The notes: generated from the sequence alone by a model not told the origin. Numbered from the stretch's first letter, positions 7,758 through 17,027 are shown. The stretch: 32,832 nt of DNA from an uncultured Spirosoma sp. (GCA_964249775.1 CAXUEB010000009.1:1-32832), one strand, 5' to 3'. Made by a program: numbers and translations.

Positions 7758-9026
7758 TCACTCGTTCACGCGGGCTGGCGTGCCGGTTTCGCTTGTCTGC
7801 TCTTTACCCAACGGCGACGGTTCCTTGGCCGATAACCGGTCGCGCAGTTCGGTAACGGGCCGCTCGAAAAACTTAAACAGCAGCGTTGACAAGACCAAGA
7901 CCAGCGCCCAAAACAGCCCCACTTTGCCCCAGCCAACGGCGAACGATGTGGTGGGAACGCGCTCGACGACGGTGAGCATGATAGGCGTTAAGTTAAGCAA
8001 ATACATGGAGTACGAAATCAGGCTGATGTGCGTGACGATACGGGCAATGCCAAACCGGGTCCAGACGCCCGTGGCTGCTCTCCAACCATCCATGTACGGC
8101 ATTAATAAGCTCATACTTAAACCAATAATCAAAAAATAAAGGGTTCGTTTGTAGAACACATACGCCGGATAGACGCCCGCGTCGACGTAGTACGGCAAGA
8201 CAACGATCGAAGCGGACAACGCGGTCAAGATTGTTAAGATCAACCCGATAACTAAGAGCCGTCGGCGAACGGCCGGGTTGGTCCACCCAAGCGGGTAATA
8301 CTGTTTGGCGTAAGCGGCCAGTACGCCGTAGGCGATGGCATCCAAGCGCGTCAGCACGATGCCGCGGTAGCCTAATTCGCCTTCGCCGATGGGCACTTGC
8401 CACGCACTAATCAGCCGGAACGCGTTGGTGCCAACAATGACCAGCAGGATAGTCGTCAGCACGATCCGCCGACGCGGCCAACGAGCGGGCAGCAGCGTGT
8501 GCATGACCATAAGCGGCTACGGCAGCGTCAGATACGACCATTCTTCAATAGCCAAACTCCAAGTTTCGGGAAAGAAGGGGGAAACGTCGCGGGCGAAGTT
8601 TTGTCCAAAAACAAAGTACGTGGCCAGCGTTCCAGTAGGGGGTAAGGTGTGCGGTAAGCCGCTCCGCCAGGCTCGTAGGAGCGTGAACACGATCAGACCC
8701 AGCAGGACGAGATAATAGTTGGGTAAGGTCCGAAACCACCGGCGCGTCCAGAAGTTGAGGAGCAAACGGCCGTCGAAACGACCTTCCTTCTCGTAGGTTC
8801 GGATAAGGATGCCACCAATGAGAAAACCGCTCAGGACAAAAAACAGCTCAACGCCGTCGGGCAGCAGGTGGTGCCAGAACGCACCCGCGTAGTAATTTTT
8901 CAGGGCAATGGTTGCGTGGGCGTCGACGACAATCAGAATGGCAGCCGCCCGCATCAGGTCTAAGCCAAACACGCGCTGGGCGGACGACGCGCCCAGCGAG
9001 AATAAACTCTTCAGCATAACAGCCAC
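7758..9026 (-). pseudogene. Acyltransferase family 3 (OafA/YrhL-like) interrupted by one in-frame TAG at 8517-8519
   Basis: GLDLMRAAAI, GVELFFVLSGFLI, RRWFRTLPNYY, WSLAIEEW, then ...CTG CCG TAG CCG CTT ATG... in the same frame, continuing to RLDAI, ISYSMYL, FERP. The two track ORFs are halves of one gene. Confidence 0.85.
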
Positions 9027-9138
9027 GAAGGTAAGAATGAATTGGGGCTGCCCGTGCGGAGAGACGATAAACGGTGAATAACTTTGGAGCGGCTTTAGCT
9101 TTACAGCCTATGCCAATTTAACCTTATCGGTCGCCTAC

Positions 9139-9546
9139 ATGGACTTTGCTCTTGATGCCGTTCACCGCTACGCCTTCCGGTTTTCGCAAGCCGACGTTAT
9201 TGACTTTGCCCGCGTCACGGGCGACAACAACCCGCTTCACCTCGATGCCGAATTTGCGACCACGACACCCTTTAAACGACCCATTATCCACGGGATGCTG
9301 GGAGCCAGCGTCTTTACGAAGGTGCTGGGTACGGAGTTTCCCGGCTACGGCTCGGTTTACTTAGCGCAAACGTTGGAGTTTCTGCGCCCGATGTTCGTCG
9401 ACACCGATTACGAGGCCCTGTTCACGGTTAAAACCATCAACCCCGACAAACACACTGCCGAAATCCTGGGTGAGATTCGCGATAGGCAGACGGGTAAGGT
9501 CACTACGCGCGGCACGGCCACGCTCATGCACCGGGACAAGATCTAA
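9139..9546 (+). CDS. MaoC family (R)-specific enoyl-CoA hydratase/dehydratase
   Basis: FARVTGDNNPLHLD, IIHGMLGAS, PGYGSVYLAQTLEFLRP. Confidence 0.92.
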   Translation: MDFALDAVHRYAFRFSQADVIDFARVTGDNNPLHLDAEFATTTPFKRPIIHGMLGASVFTKVLGTEFPGYGSVYLAQTLEFLRPMFVDTDYEALFTVKTINPDKHTAEILGEIRDRQTGKVTTRGTATLMHRDKI

Positions 9547-9559
9547 CGATTGGAAACAC

Positions 9560-9597
9560 AAACTCCCCCGTCAGCTATTGTACCAACGGGGGAGTTT
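9560..9597. terminator. Bidirectional intrinsic terminator
   Basis: Perfect 12-bp inverted repeat AAACTCCCCCGT / ACGGGGGAGTTT between convergent genes. Confidence 0.8.
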
Positions 9598-9624
9598 AAG
9601 CAGTACGGTTGGTCCGTTGCCTGC

Positions 9625-9810
9625 CTACTCTTTTTCGGCTTTGTTCTTTGTATTCTGAACTTCCGAGCGGATCTCCTGAGCCAACGTCTTTAAATCCTGC
9701 ATGCCTTTGCGAACACGGGTACCGGCGGCCTGATTGTTCTTGTCGTAGAACTTCTCAAAATCACCTTCCAGCGACATAATCAGGTTCTTTACTTCGTCGA
9801 AGCGTGCCAT
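9625..9810 (-). CDS. Small basic 'histone H1-like' (Hc1-related) protein of Bacteroidota
   Basis: MARFDEVK...DFEKFYDKNNQAAGTRVRKGMQDLKTLAQEIR. Start placed at ATG 9810. Confidence 0.85.
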   Translation of the reverse strand: MARFDEVKNLIMSLEGDFEKFYDKNNQAAGTRVRKGMQDLKTLAQEIRSEVQNTKNKAEKE

Positions 9811-9952
9811 AGTAAACGTATGGGGTTTAAGTGTGAAAATGCCCAAATTCCGCTAAAAACGCGGTTTTCGGCTGAAATTTAGTCATTCTACCATACAGCG
9901 CAATAGGCAGGCCAAAAAAATAGACGAAAAATGCAACTTTTTTGACAAAACC

Positions 9953-11257
9953 TTATTCAGTAGCCGCTTCAGCCGACATTTCGACCGTTTGCGGGTCCGT
10001 TTGGGCCATTTCAGCTACGTAGAGGCCTTGTTTCAGCTTTTCCGCAATCGCCGAGAACGCTTCGAGCGTAAACTGCACGTCATCAAGCGTGTGCGCAGCC
10101 GTCGGAATGATCCGCAACATGATAACATCTTTAGGTACAACTGGATACACAACCACCGAGCAGAAGATGCCGAAGTTTTCGCGTAGATCACGAATCAGAC
10201 CGGCTATTTCGGGAATGCCACCCTTCAGATTCTGAAGGAGAACCGGCGTCACGGGCGACTGCGTGTCGCCAATGTTGAAGCCGCGTTCCCGCAGGCCGCT
10301 CTGCAACGCCCGGACGTTGGTCCACAGCTTGTCGCGGTACTCCGATGAGTTGCGAATCATGGCCAGCCGCTTCAGTCCACCCACCACGTAAGGCATGGGC
10401 AGGGCCTTGGCGTAGGTCTGCGACCGCATGTTGTATTTGAGGTACATAATGACGTCGTGATCGGCCGCAATGAACGCCCCAATGGCCGCCATCGACTTGG
10501 CAAACGTTGAGAAGTACAGGTCGATGCCGTCTTGGCAGCCCTGCATCTCGCCGACGCCCGCGCCGGTTGACCCCATCGTACCGAAGCCGTGCGCGTCGTC
10601 GACCAGCAGCCGGAAGTTGTACTGTTCTTTAAGGGCAACGATTTGGTCTAAGCTGCCCACTTTGCCTGACATGCCAAAAACGCCTTCGGTGATGACCAGA
10701 ATGCCCCCGCCTTTCTCGGCCGCTTTCTTGGTGGCCCGTTGCAGGTTCTTCTCCAAACTGGCCATGTCGTTGTGGTTAAATTTGTAATATTCGCCCAACT
10801 TGGCTTTGTGCAGCCGGATGCCATCAATCAGGCAGGCGTGGCATTCGGCGTCGTAGACAATCACGTCGCGGTGATCGACCACGGCTTCGATGGCCGACAT
10901 CACGCCCTGGTACCCGTAATTAAGCAGAAACGCATCTTCTTTGCCAACGAAGTCGGCCAGTTCGCGCTCAAACTGCTCGTGGAGGTCCGAGTTGCCCGAC
11001 ATCATCCGGGCACCCATCGGGTAAGCCAGTCCCCACTGCTCGGTGGCCTCGGCGTCGGCCTGCCGAACGTCGGGATGATTGGCTAAACCGAGGTAGTTGT
11101 TTAGGCTCCAGTTCAAGACATCTTTGCCCTGGAAGCGCATGTGCGGCCCAAGCTCGCCTTCGAGTTTGGGAAATGCGAAGTAGTGGTGGCCGTTGTATTC
11201 CCGAGCCGACGAACCGATGGGTCCCAGATTAGTGCGCAGTTTCTCAAATAAATCCAC
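9953..11257 (-). CDS. PLP-dependent alpha-oxoamine synthase; probable cysteate:acyl-ACP/CoA C-acyltransferase (sulfonolipid/capnine synthesis)
   Basis: NNYLGLA, GARMMSG, HACLIDG, EGVFGMSG, DDAHGFG, PLP lysine in STFAKS. RSQTYAKALP stands in place of the SPT-type RxxIFSAS. Confidence 0.8.
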   Translation of the reverse strand: MDLFEKLRTNLGPIGSSAREYNGHHYFAFPKLEGELGPHMRFQGKDVLNWSLNNYLGLANHPDVRQADAEATEQWGLAYPMGARMMSGNSDLHEQFERELADFVGKEDAFLLNYGYQGVMSAIEAVVDHRDVIVYDAECHACLIDGIRLHKAKLGEYYKFNHNDMASLEKNLQRATKKAAEKGGGILVITEGVFGMSGKVGSLDQIVALKEQYNFRLLVDDAHGFGTMGSTGAGVGEMQGCQDGIDLYFSTFAKSMAAIGAFIAADHDVIMYLKYNMRSQTYAKALPMPYVVGGLKRLAMIRNSSEYRDKLWTNVRALQSGLRERGFNIGDTQSPVTPVLLQNLKGGIPEIAGLIRDLRENFGIFCSVVVYPVVPKDVIMLRIIPTAAHTLDDVQFTLEAFSAIAEKLKQGLYVAEMAQTDPQTVEMSAEAATE

Positions 11258-11307
11258 TTTTGCCTGTCGTTTTATGGGCTAAACCCTTGTTATTTACGCG
11301 TTAAGTG

Positions 11308-11315
11308 CAAAAATA
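11308..11315 (-). promoter_or_regulatory. Bacteroidota -7 promoter box (TAnnTTTG)
   Basis: TATTTTTG on the minus strand about 50 nt upstream of the oxoamine synthase start. Confidence 0.55.
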
Positions 11316-11448
11316 CGTTGAACTTTTGGTAGCGCCAACTCGTCCCCAAAATTCAATTTTACCCGCGTTTTGTGACAAACTCGTAATATTGGTCATTGGT
11401 TGGTAGTTCATGGATTACCCAACCACGAACGACGACATGAACGACTTT

Positions 11449-12960
11449 ATGCCGATAAAAAAACTTCTCGTCGCGAACCGGGGCGAAATTGCCTTGCGCG
11501 TTATGCGAACGGCCCGCGAAATGGGCATTCAAACCGTCGCTATTTATTCGGAGGCCGACCGCAACGCCCTGCACGTTCGCTACGCCGACGAAGCCGTTTG
11601 CGTCGGTCCCGCGCCGTCGGCCGAATCGTATCTGAGAGCCGACGGTATCATTGCTGTTTGTAAGCAACGTAACGTCGACGCGATTCATCCCGGATACGGC
11701 TTTCTGTCCGAGAATGCCCAGTTCGCCCGGATGGTGCGCGACGCCGGGCTGATCTTTGTCGGTCCGTCGCCCGAAAGCATCAAGATTATGGGCAGTAAAT
11801 TAGCCGCCAAAGCCGCCGTCGCCGGCTACGACATCCCGATGGTGCCCGGCACGCCCAGCGCCATCACGGATCGGGCGGAAGCGAAAGCCATTTCGGTGCA
11901 GATTGGTTACCCGGTGCTTATCAAAGCTTCGGCGGGCGGGGGCGGCAAAGGCATGCGCGTTGTTCAAAACGAGGCCGAGTTCGACGAGCAGATGGACCGG
12001 GCGGTGAGCGAAGCCTTGTCGGCCTTCGGCGACGGGTCGGTGTTTATCGAGAAGTACGTTACCTCGCCCCGCCACGTCGAAATTCAGGTGTTGGGTGATC
12101 AGCACGGCAACGTTATTCACCTTTTTGAGCGCGAATGCTCCGTGCAGCGACGCCACCAGAAAGTAGTCGAAGAAGCGCCCTCGGCCATTCTGACGCCCGA
12201 AATCCGCGACGCCATGGGGCAGGCGGCCGTCGACGTGGCCCGCGCCTGCGGCTACTACGGAGCGGGAACGGTCGAGTTCATTGTCAACGACAAACTCGAT
12301 TTCTACTTCCTGGAAATGAACACGCGCCTGCAAGTCGAGCACCCCGTTACCGAGCAAATTACGGGTGTGGATTTGGTGAAGCAGATGATTTACATCGCCG
12401 AAGGCAAACCGCTAACGATAAAACAGGAAGACTTGCAAATAAAAGGGCACGCCGTGGAGGTGCGGGTGTACGCCGAAGACCCGGCCAACAATTTTCTGCC
12501 CGACGTGGGCACGCTCGATACCTACGTTCGGCCGCAGGGTAACGGCGTCCGCGTGGACGACGGCTTTGAACAGGGTATGAGCATCCCGATTTATTACGAT
12601 CCGATGATTGCCAAGCTCATCACCTTTGGCGACAGCCGGGAAGAAGCCATCCAGAAAATGATTCGCGCCATCGACGAATACCAAATTTCGGGCGTTCAGA
12701 CAACGCTACCCTTCGGCCGCTTCGTGATGGAACACCCCGCCTTCCGCTCTGGTCAGTTCGATACGGGTTTCGTCGCGAACTACTTTAGCCCAAGCCTCCT
12801 GACGCCGGAGCCGGACGCAACCGAGGCTGATTTGGCGGCCGTACTGGCCGCTTGGTTGCTGGCCAATCACAAGCCGACAACGACCGGCGGTACCGGGCCG
12901 GTGACGACGCAAGCAGAGCGCCGGACCGCGAGTCAGTGGAAGGCAAATCGGCTGGGGTAG
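11449..12960 (+). CDS. accC: Biotin carboxylase subunit of acetyl/propionyl-CoA carboxylase
   Basis: KKLLVANRGEIALR, HPGYGFLSENA, KASAGGGGKGMR, ERECSVQRRHQK, EMNTRLQVEHPVTE, YYDPMIAKL. Start placed at ATG 11449 (alternatives 11437, 11410). Confidence 0.92.
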   Translation: MPIKKLLVANRGEIALRVMRTAREMGIQTVAIYSEADRNALHVRYADEAVCVGPAPSAESYLRADGIIAVCKQRNVDAIHPGYGFLSENAQFARMVRDAGLIFVGPSPESIKIMGSKLAAKAAVAGYDIPMVPGTPSAITDRAEAKAISVQIGYPVLIKASAGGGGKGMRVVQNEAEFDEQMDRAVSEALSAFGDGSVFIEKYVTSPRHVEIQVLGDQHGNVIHLFERECSVQRRHQKVVEEAPSAILTPEIRDAMGQAAVDVARACGYYGAGTVEFIVNDKLDFYFLEMNTRLQVEHPVTEQITGVDLVKQMIYIAEGKPLTIKQEDLQIKGHAVEVRVYAEDPANNFLPDVGTLDTYVRPQGNGVRVDDGFEQGMSIPIYYDPMIAKLITFGDSREEAIQKMIRAIDEYQISGVQTTLPFGRFVMEHPAFRSGQFDTGFVANYFSPSLLTPEPDATEADLAAVLAAWLLANHKPTTTGGTGPVTTQAERRTASQWKANRLG

Positions 12961-13046
12961 TAAGGCAGAAACGAAGTCAGTCCGAATTAAACCAAACCGC
13001 CCGCCCCCTGTCTGACGTTTATCAGAAAACGATTTTGGAGAAGACC

Positions 13047-13664
13047 ATGAAAAAAATATTTGTTTTGCTTTTGGCGACCTTGCCGCTGCTCTTCAGTCGG
13101 TGCAGCGTGAATCAACAGCTTGCGCAGGCGAAAGCGCTGGGCGATTGCCGCTACGCCATCGCTTCGGCCGATAGCGTTTATCTGGCGGGAACCGACATTC
13201 GGCAGTTTCGCAAGATTGAAGACATCAACCCGGCCCGGTTCCCGCGTTTGGCGGCCGGTCTGTTAACCCGCAATGTGCCCTTAGACGCCCGCATCAACCT
13301 CGATATTACCAACCCGACCAACAAACTGGCGGGCATCAACCAGTTGGAATACCGCATTATACTGGCTGGTCAGGAATTGTTTACCGGCTTCTTGAACCAG
13401 CGCATCGAGGTGCAGCCCGGTGGTGGCCGGACGACCGTACCGGTGCGCATTAACGCCAACGCCTACCAGCTTTTTACCGACCCCAAAACGCGCGACGCGT
13501 TTACGCAGTTGGTGCAGAACTTGTCTGGCAACGCCGATACGAAACCGTCGAAATTGACCATCAAGATCAAACCGACCTTGGCGCTGGGTAACAAAGCCAT
13601 CAATTATCCAGGCTACATCACCGTCGATCAGGAAGTCACCAACAAGATTTTGTTGGGTCGGTAA
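13047..13664 (+). CDS. Lipoprotein with LEA type 2 (WHy)-like domain
   Basis: ATG 13047 gives MKKIFVLLLATLPLLFSR-C (lipobox); LDITNPTN motif followed by a beta-rich domain. Confidence 0.78.
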   Translation: MKKIFVLLLATLPLLFSRCSVNQQLAQAKALGDCRYAIASADSVYLAGTDIRQFRKIEDINPARFPRLAAGLLTRNVPLDARINLDITNPTNKLAGINQLEYRIILAGQELFTGFLNQRIEVQPGGGRTTVPVRINANAYQLFTDPKTRDAFTQLVQNLSGNADTKPSKLTIKIKPTLALGNKAINYPGYITVDQEVTNKILLGR

Positions 13665-13698
13665 GCCGCGTCGACGCAATTCCAGGAAGTAGCATTTC

Positions 13699-13735
13699 AA
13701 CCGCCCTGGCTTTACACGCTGGGGCGGTTTGTTTC
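13699..13735 (+). terminator. Intrinsic terminator
   Basis: aaccgccctggc...gctggggcggtt followed by tgtttc. Confidence 0.65.
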
Positions 13736-13781
13736 GTGCCCCCTGCGTAGATTTCTTTAAATCCGATCAACTCGTTGTCAA

Positions 13782-14816
13782 ATGCGTCACTACCTTCTTA
13801 GCGGCTTGCTGGTGGCCTTCACCACGTTTGCCCAAGCTCAGAACCAAATTCAGGTTACGCCCGATCAGGCCAACAAGCGCGTAAACGTCACGGTGGATGG
13901 TAAGCCGTTTACTGCTTATTTTTATCCCGGCCCGACCGTCTTGAAAAAGCCCGTGCTGTACCCTATTCTAACGGCGGGCGGTAATCCCATTACGCGCGGG
14001 TGGCCGTTCGATCCCCGGCCCGGCGAACGCGTCGATCACCCGCACCACGTCGGTATGTGGCTAAACTACGGCGACGTGAACGGCCACGACTTCTGGAATA
14101 ATTCTACCGACATTGGCCCCGAGCACAAAGGTCCGTTCGGAACCATTGTGCACACCGGCGTCAAGTCCATGAAAAGCGGTAAGGAGCAGGCCGAGTTGGT
14201 CGTGACGGCCGATTGGCTCGACAAAGACGGTAAGGTGATGCTTCGGGAAGAAACGACGTATCAGTTCGGCGCAAAAGCCGGCAGCCGCACCATCGACCGC
14301 ATGACGACGCTAAAGGCAGTTGGTCAGGACGTGGTGTTTAAGGATAACAAAGAAGGGATGATTGCCGTCCGGCTGGCCCGTCAATTAGAACACCCGTCGA
14401 CCAAACCCGAAGTTTTTACCGACGCGCAGGGCGTGGCAACGAAGGTGCCCATGCTCAACAACGAAGGCGTAACCGGTCGCTACCACAGCAGTGAGGGCGT
14501 CGAGGGTGACGCCGTTTGGGGCACGCGTGCGGGCTGGGTTAATCTAACGGGGCAGATAAACGGCGAGAACGTGTCGGTGGTGCTGATGGACCACCCGCAA
14601 AACCTGGGCTACCCAACGTACTGGCACGCCCGCGGCTACGGTTTGTTCGCGGCCAACCCGCTGGCTCCGTCCGTCATGTCGAGCGGCAAAGCCCCGGCCA
14701 TGAACCACAAACTTTTGGCCGGTCAGTCGCTAACCTTCCGCCACCGGCTGCTGATTACGTCGAACACCGTGCCGAGCGAAACGGTTAGTAAACTGGCGCG
14801 CGACTTTGGGCGGTAA
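13782..14816 (+). CDS. Exported DUF6807 / 'PmoA'-domain beta-sandwich protein
   Basis: Signal peptide; KPVLYP, TRGWP, DHPHHVGMW, DFWNN, DHPQN, WHARGYGLFAANP. Confidence 0.85.
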   Translation: MRHYLLSGLLVAFTTFAQAQNQIQVTPDQANKRVNVTVDGKPFTAYFYPGPTVLKKPVLYPILTAGGNPITRGWPFDPRPGERVDHPHHVGMWLNYGDVNGHDFWNNSTDIGPEHKGPFGTIVHTGVKSMKSGKEQAELVVTADWLDKDGKVMLREETTYQFGAKAGSRTIDRMTTLKAVGQDVVFKDNKEGMIAVRLARQLEHPSTKPEVFTDAQGVATKVPMLNNEGVTGRYHSSEGVEGDAVWGTRAGWVNLTGQINGENVSVVLMDHPQNLGYPTYWHARGYGLFAANPLAPSVMSSGKAPAMNHKLLAGQSLTFRHRLLITSNTVPSETVSKLARDFGR

Positions 14817-14900
14817 GGCGTTTACAAATTCTGCTGTTTGGGTGCTTGACTAATACCCAACGACCAGCACGGGAACACCGAAATACGAAAGCTCCCGTCG

Positions 14901-15296
14901 TTAATTCATGTACACTAACGATGAACGGTAAACCCGGTTGTCGAGCGAATTCAGCCAAAACCGAAACGCATCGTTTTCGATAGCCGCTTGCCCCAGTTCG
15001 CTGTCGATTTGCCGCAAGAGAAACATCAGTTGGTGCACCTGTTGCCACTGCTGACGCAGCGGTTGGTCGGGCGTAGTGGTGCGGGCTTGTTGCCGTGCTT
15101 CCTGCGTCAGTCGGCGCAGGCTCATCTTGAGGTGATACCGCAAAATCATCAGGCGGCTGGCCGTCGGCAACTCGGCTGGGCTGCGTTCCATGTGCGAGAT
15201 GCCCTTCGCCAGCAGGTTGTTGCGTTGCTGAAGCTGATCCGAAACAATCATCCAAGCGTGTTCGGCCTTGAGTGATTCGTAGGAGATGGTTTTCAT
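14901..15296 (-). CDS. Hypothetical alpha-helical protein
   Basis: 131-aa ATG ORF with typical codon usage, a Gln/Leu-rich heptad pattern and its own AT-rich upstream region. Confidence 0.75.
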   Translation of the reverse strand: MKTISYESLKAEHAWMIVSDQLQQRNNLLAKGISHMERSPAELPTASRLMILRYHLKMSLRRLTQEARQQARTTTPDQPLRQQWQQVHQLMFLLRQIDSELGQAAIENDAFRFWLNSLDNRVYRSSLVYMN

Positions 15297-15518
15297 GGCG
15301 TTTGTACAATACGGTTTAACGACAAATATGAATTAACGGAAGGTACGTAATTTGGTGACTTCGCCCTTTTGACAAATTAAGGATTGATTTTTCCGGATCT
15401 AACCAATGATTAGAGCAGGAAAATGCAATTGGGTTTAAAGAAGATCAAAAATTAAGCGTTTTTTGACGAATACATTAATCTTCTGCCCCGCTGCGTTTTT
15501 TGAAAACTTCCTTTCGGT

Positions 15519-17027
15519 ATGATAGTACGCTTACAACGGCTTGGTTTATCCCTGTTCTTGGTAGGGTTCGTGTTCTGGTTGGTTACCCTAACGGTTGGTG
15601 AGTTTCGACTAACCAACACCGTCTTAGTGCAGTCCGTTAAACCCGAGCATCGCGACTTAATTACTCAGCAAACGGCGTTCATGCGCGACCGGACGTACGC
15701 CAACAACTGGACATTTGTCGCGGATTTTCGCCGGGCCGTTAACACCTACAACGACAAAATGCGGGCCAGAAAGGCCTGGGACAAGGTCATTTATGACAAC
15801 TACGCATTCGACGTAACGAGAAACGCGTCGCTGGGCGTGCTGACGACGCGGGCGTCGTGGGGCTGGCTGGCGTTAAGCATTGGCCTGTGCACCCTGGGCG
15901 GCCTACTATACGCCTTAGCGGGTCGCCATCGGTTGCCGGGTGTTCACAACAACGACCTGTACCGGCACCCGGCCACCAACCGGGGCTGGATTGGCATTAG
16001 CGTTGGTGCGTTCCTGATTGCGTTTTACATCGCGCTGTATTTTTACCCGGAGTACCTGACGAACTGGGTACTGCTGGTCGATCCCATTAGTCGGACACTG
16101 CATGCCGGGCCGGCTAACCAATGGTTTCTCTACGGATTTCTGTATACAATTGTTATTCTGGTGATGGGCGTGCGGATGCTCGTTAACTACCGGCACAGCC
16201 GCCACCAACGGCTCCGCACGCTGTCGGTCATGGCCTTTCAGGTAAGTTTCGCCTTCTTGATTCCCGAAATCATGCAGCGGCTCAATCAGCCGTACCAAGA
16301 TTTGAAAAATATCTGGCCCCTTGATTACACGTTTTTCTTTGATTACAACATCGAGCGAAAACTACAGGCCGGTTCGCTTGGGCTGTTCATGCTCGTCTGG
16401 GGCATTGTGCTGGCGTTCGTTGCCGTGCCGGTACTCACGTACTTTTTCGGTAAGCGTTGGTACTGCTCGTGGGTATGCGGCTGCGGGGGGCTGGCCGAAA
16501 CCCTCGGCGATCCGTACCGTCACCTGTCCGACAAGAGCCTGAAAGCCTGGAAAGTCGAGCGCGTTGTGGTGCACGGCGTGCTGGTGTTTGCCGTCGGGAT
16601 GACGGCGCTGGTGCTATGGACGTACTTCACGGGCCAAGGCACCGTATTGGGTTTTTTAGATTCGTACAGCGTCCGGTCGACCTACGGTTTTTACATCGGC
16701 TCGATCTTCGCGGGTGTAGTTGGCACGGGTTTTTACCCGCTGATGGGTAACCGCGTCTGGTGCCGGTTCGGCTGTCCGCTGGCGGCTTACCTTGGACTCG
16801 TGCAGCGGTTCAGGTCGCGGTTTCGGGTAACCACCAACGGCGGGCAGTGTATTTCGTGCGGCAACTGTTCGGCTTACTGCGAAATGGGCATCGACGTGCG
16901 GGCGTACGCCCAGCGCGGGCAGGACATCGTTCGGTCGTCGTGCGTCGGCTGCGGCATCTGTTCAGCCGTGTGTCCGCGGGGCGTGTTGAATCTGGAGGTC
17001 GGACCGGTTTCGAGCCGCAAAATTTGA
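15519..17027 (+). CDS. Membrane polyferredoxin (NapH/RdxA/FixG-like 4Fe-4S binding protein)
   Basis: Multiple TM helices; RWYCSWVCGCG, RVWCRFGCP, CISCGNCSAYCEMG, CVGCGICSAVCP. Confidence 0.9.
   Translation: MIVRLQRLGLSLFLVGFVFWLVTLTVGEFRLTNTVLVQSVKPEHRDLITQQTAFMRDRTYANNWTFVADFRRAVNTYNDKMRARKAWDKVIYDNYAFDVTRNASLGVLTTRASWGWLALSIGLCTLGGLLYALAGRHRLPGVHNNDLYRHPATNRGWIGISVGAFLIAFYIALYFYPEYLTNWVLLVDPISRTLHAGPANQWFLYGFLYTIVILVMGVRMLVNYRHSRHQRLRTLSVMAFQVSFAFLIPEIMQRLNQPYQDLKNIWPLDYTFFFDYNIERKLQAGSLGLFMLVWGIVLAFVAVPVLTYFFGKRWYCSWVCGCGGLAETLGDPYRHLSDKSLKAWKVERVVVHGVLVFAVGMTALVLWTYFTGQGTVLGFLDSYSVRSTYGFYIGSIFAGVVGTGFYPLMGNRVWCRFGCPLAAYLGLVQRFRSRFRVTTNGGQCISCGNCSAYCEMGIDVRAYAQRGQDIVRSSCVGCGICSAVCPRGVLNLEVGPVSSRKI

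Noticed and set aside
8517-8519. Pyrrolysine or genome-wide TAG recoding
   Set aside because: TAG is an ordinary stop for other genes here (accC, DUF2851, histone-like, zinc-finger gene), and no pyl genes are visible.
9625-9810. True histone or eukaryotic gene transfer
   Set aside because: It is the common small Bacteroidota Hc1-like protein, with no histone fold evident.
12852-13046. N-terminal extension of the LEA lipoprotein given by the ORF track
   Set aside because: Overlaps accC; the signal peptide begins at ATG 13047.
13782-14816. Particulate methane monooxygenase subunit
   Set aside because: A soluble exported beta protein with no pmoB/pmoC nearby; the domain name is a misnomer.
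14785-15309. 174-aa minus-strand alternative ORF
   Set aside because: Alternative frame over the 131-aa gene with low-complexity Ala/Pro/Thr composition, and it overlaps the upstream gene end.
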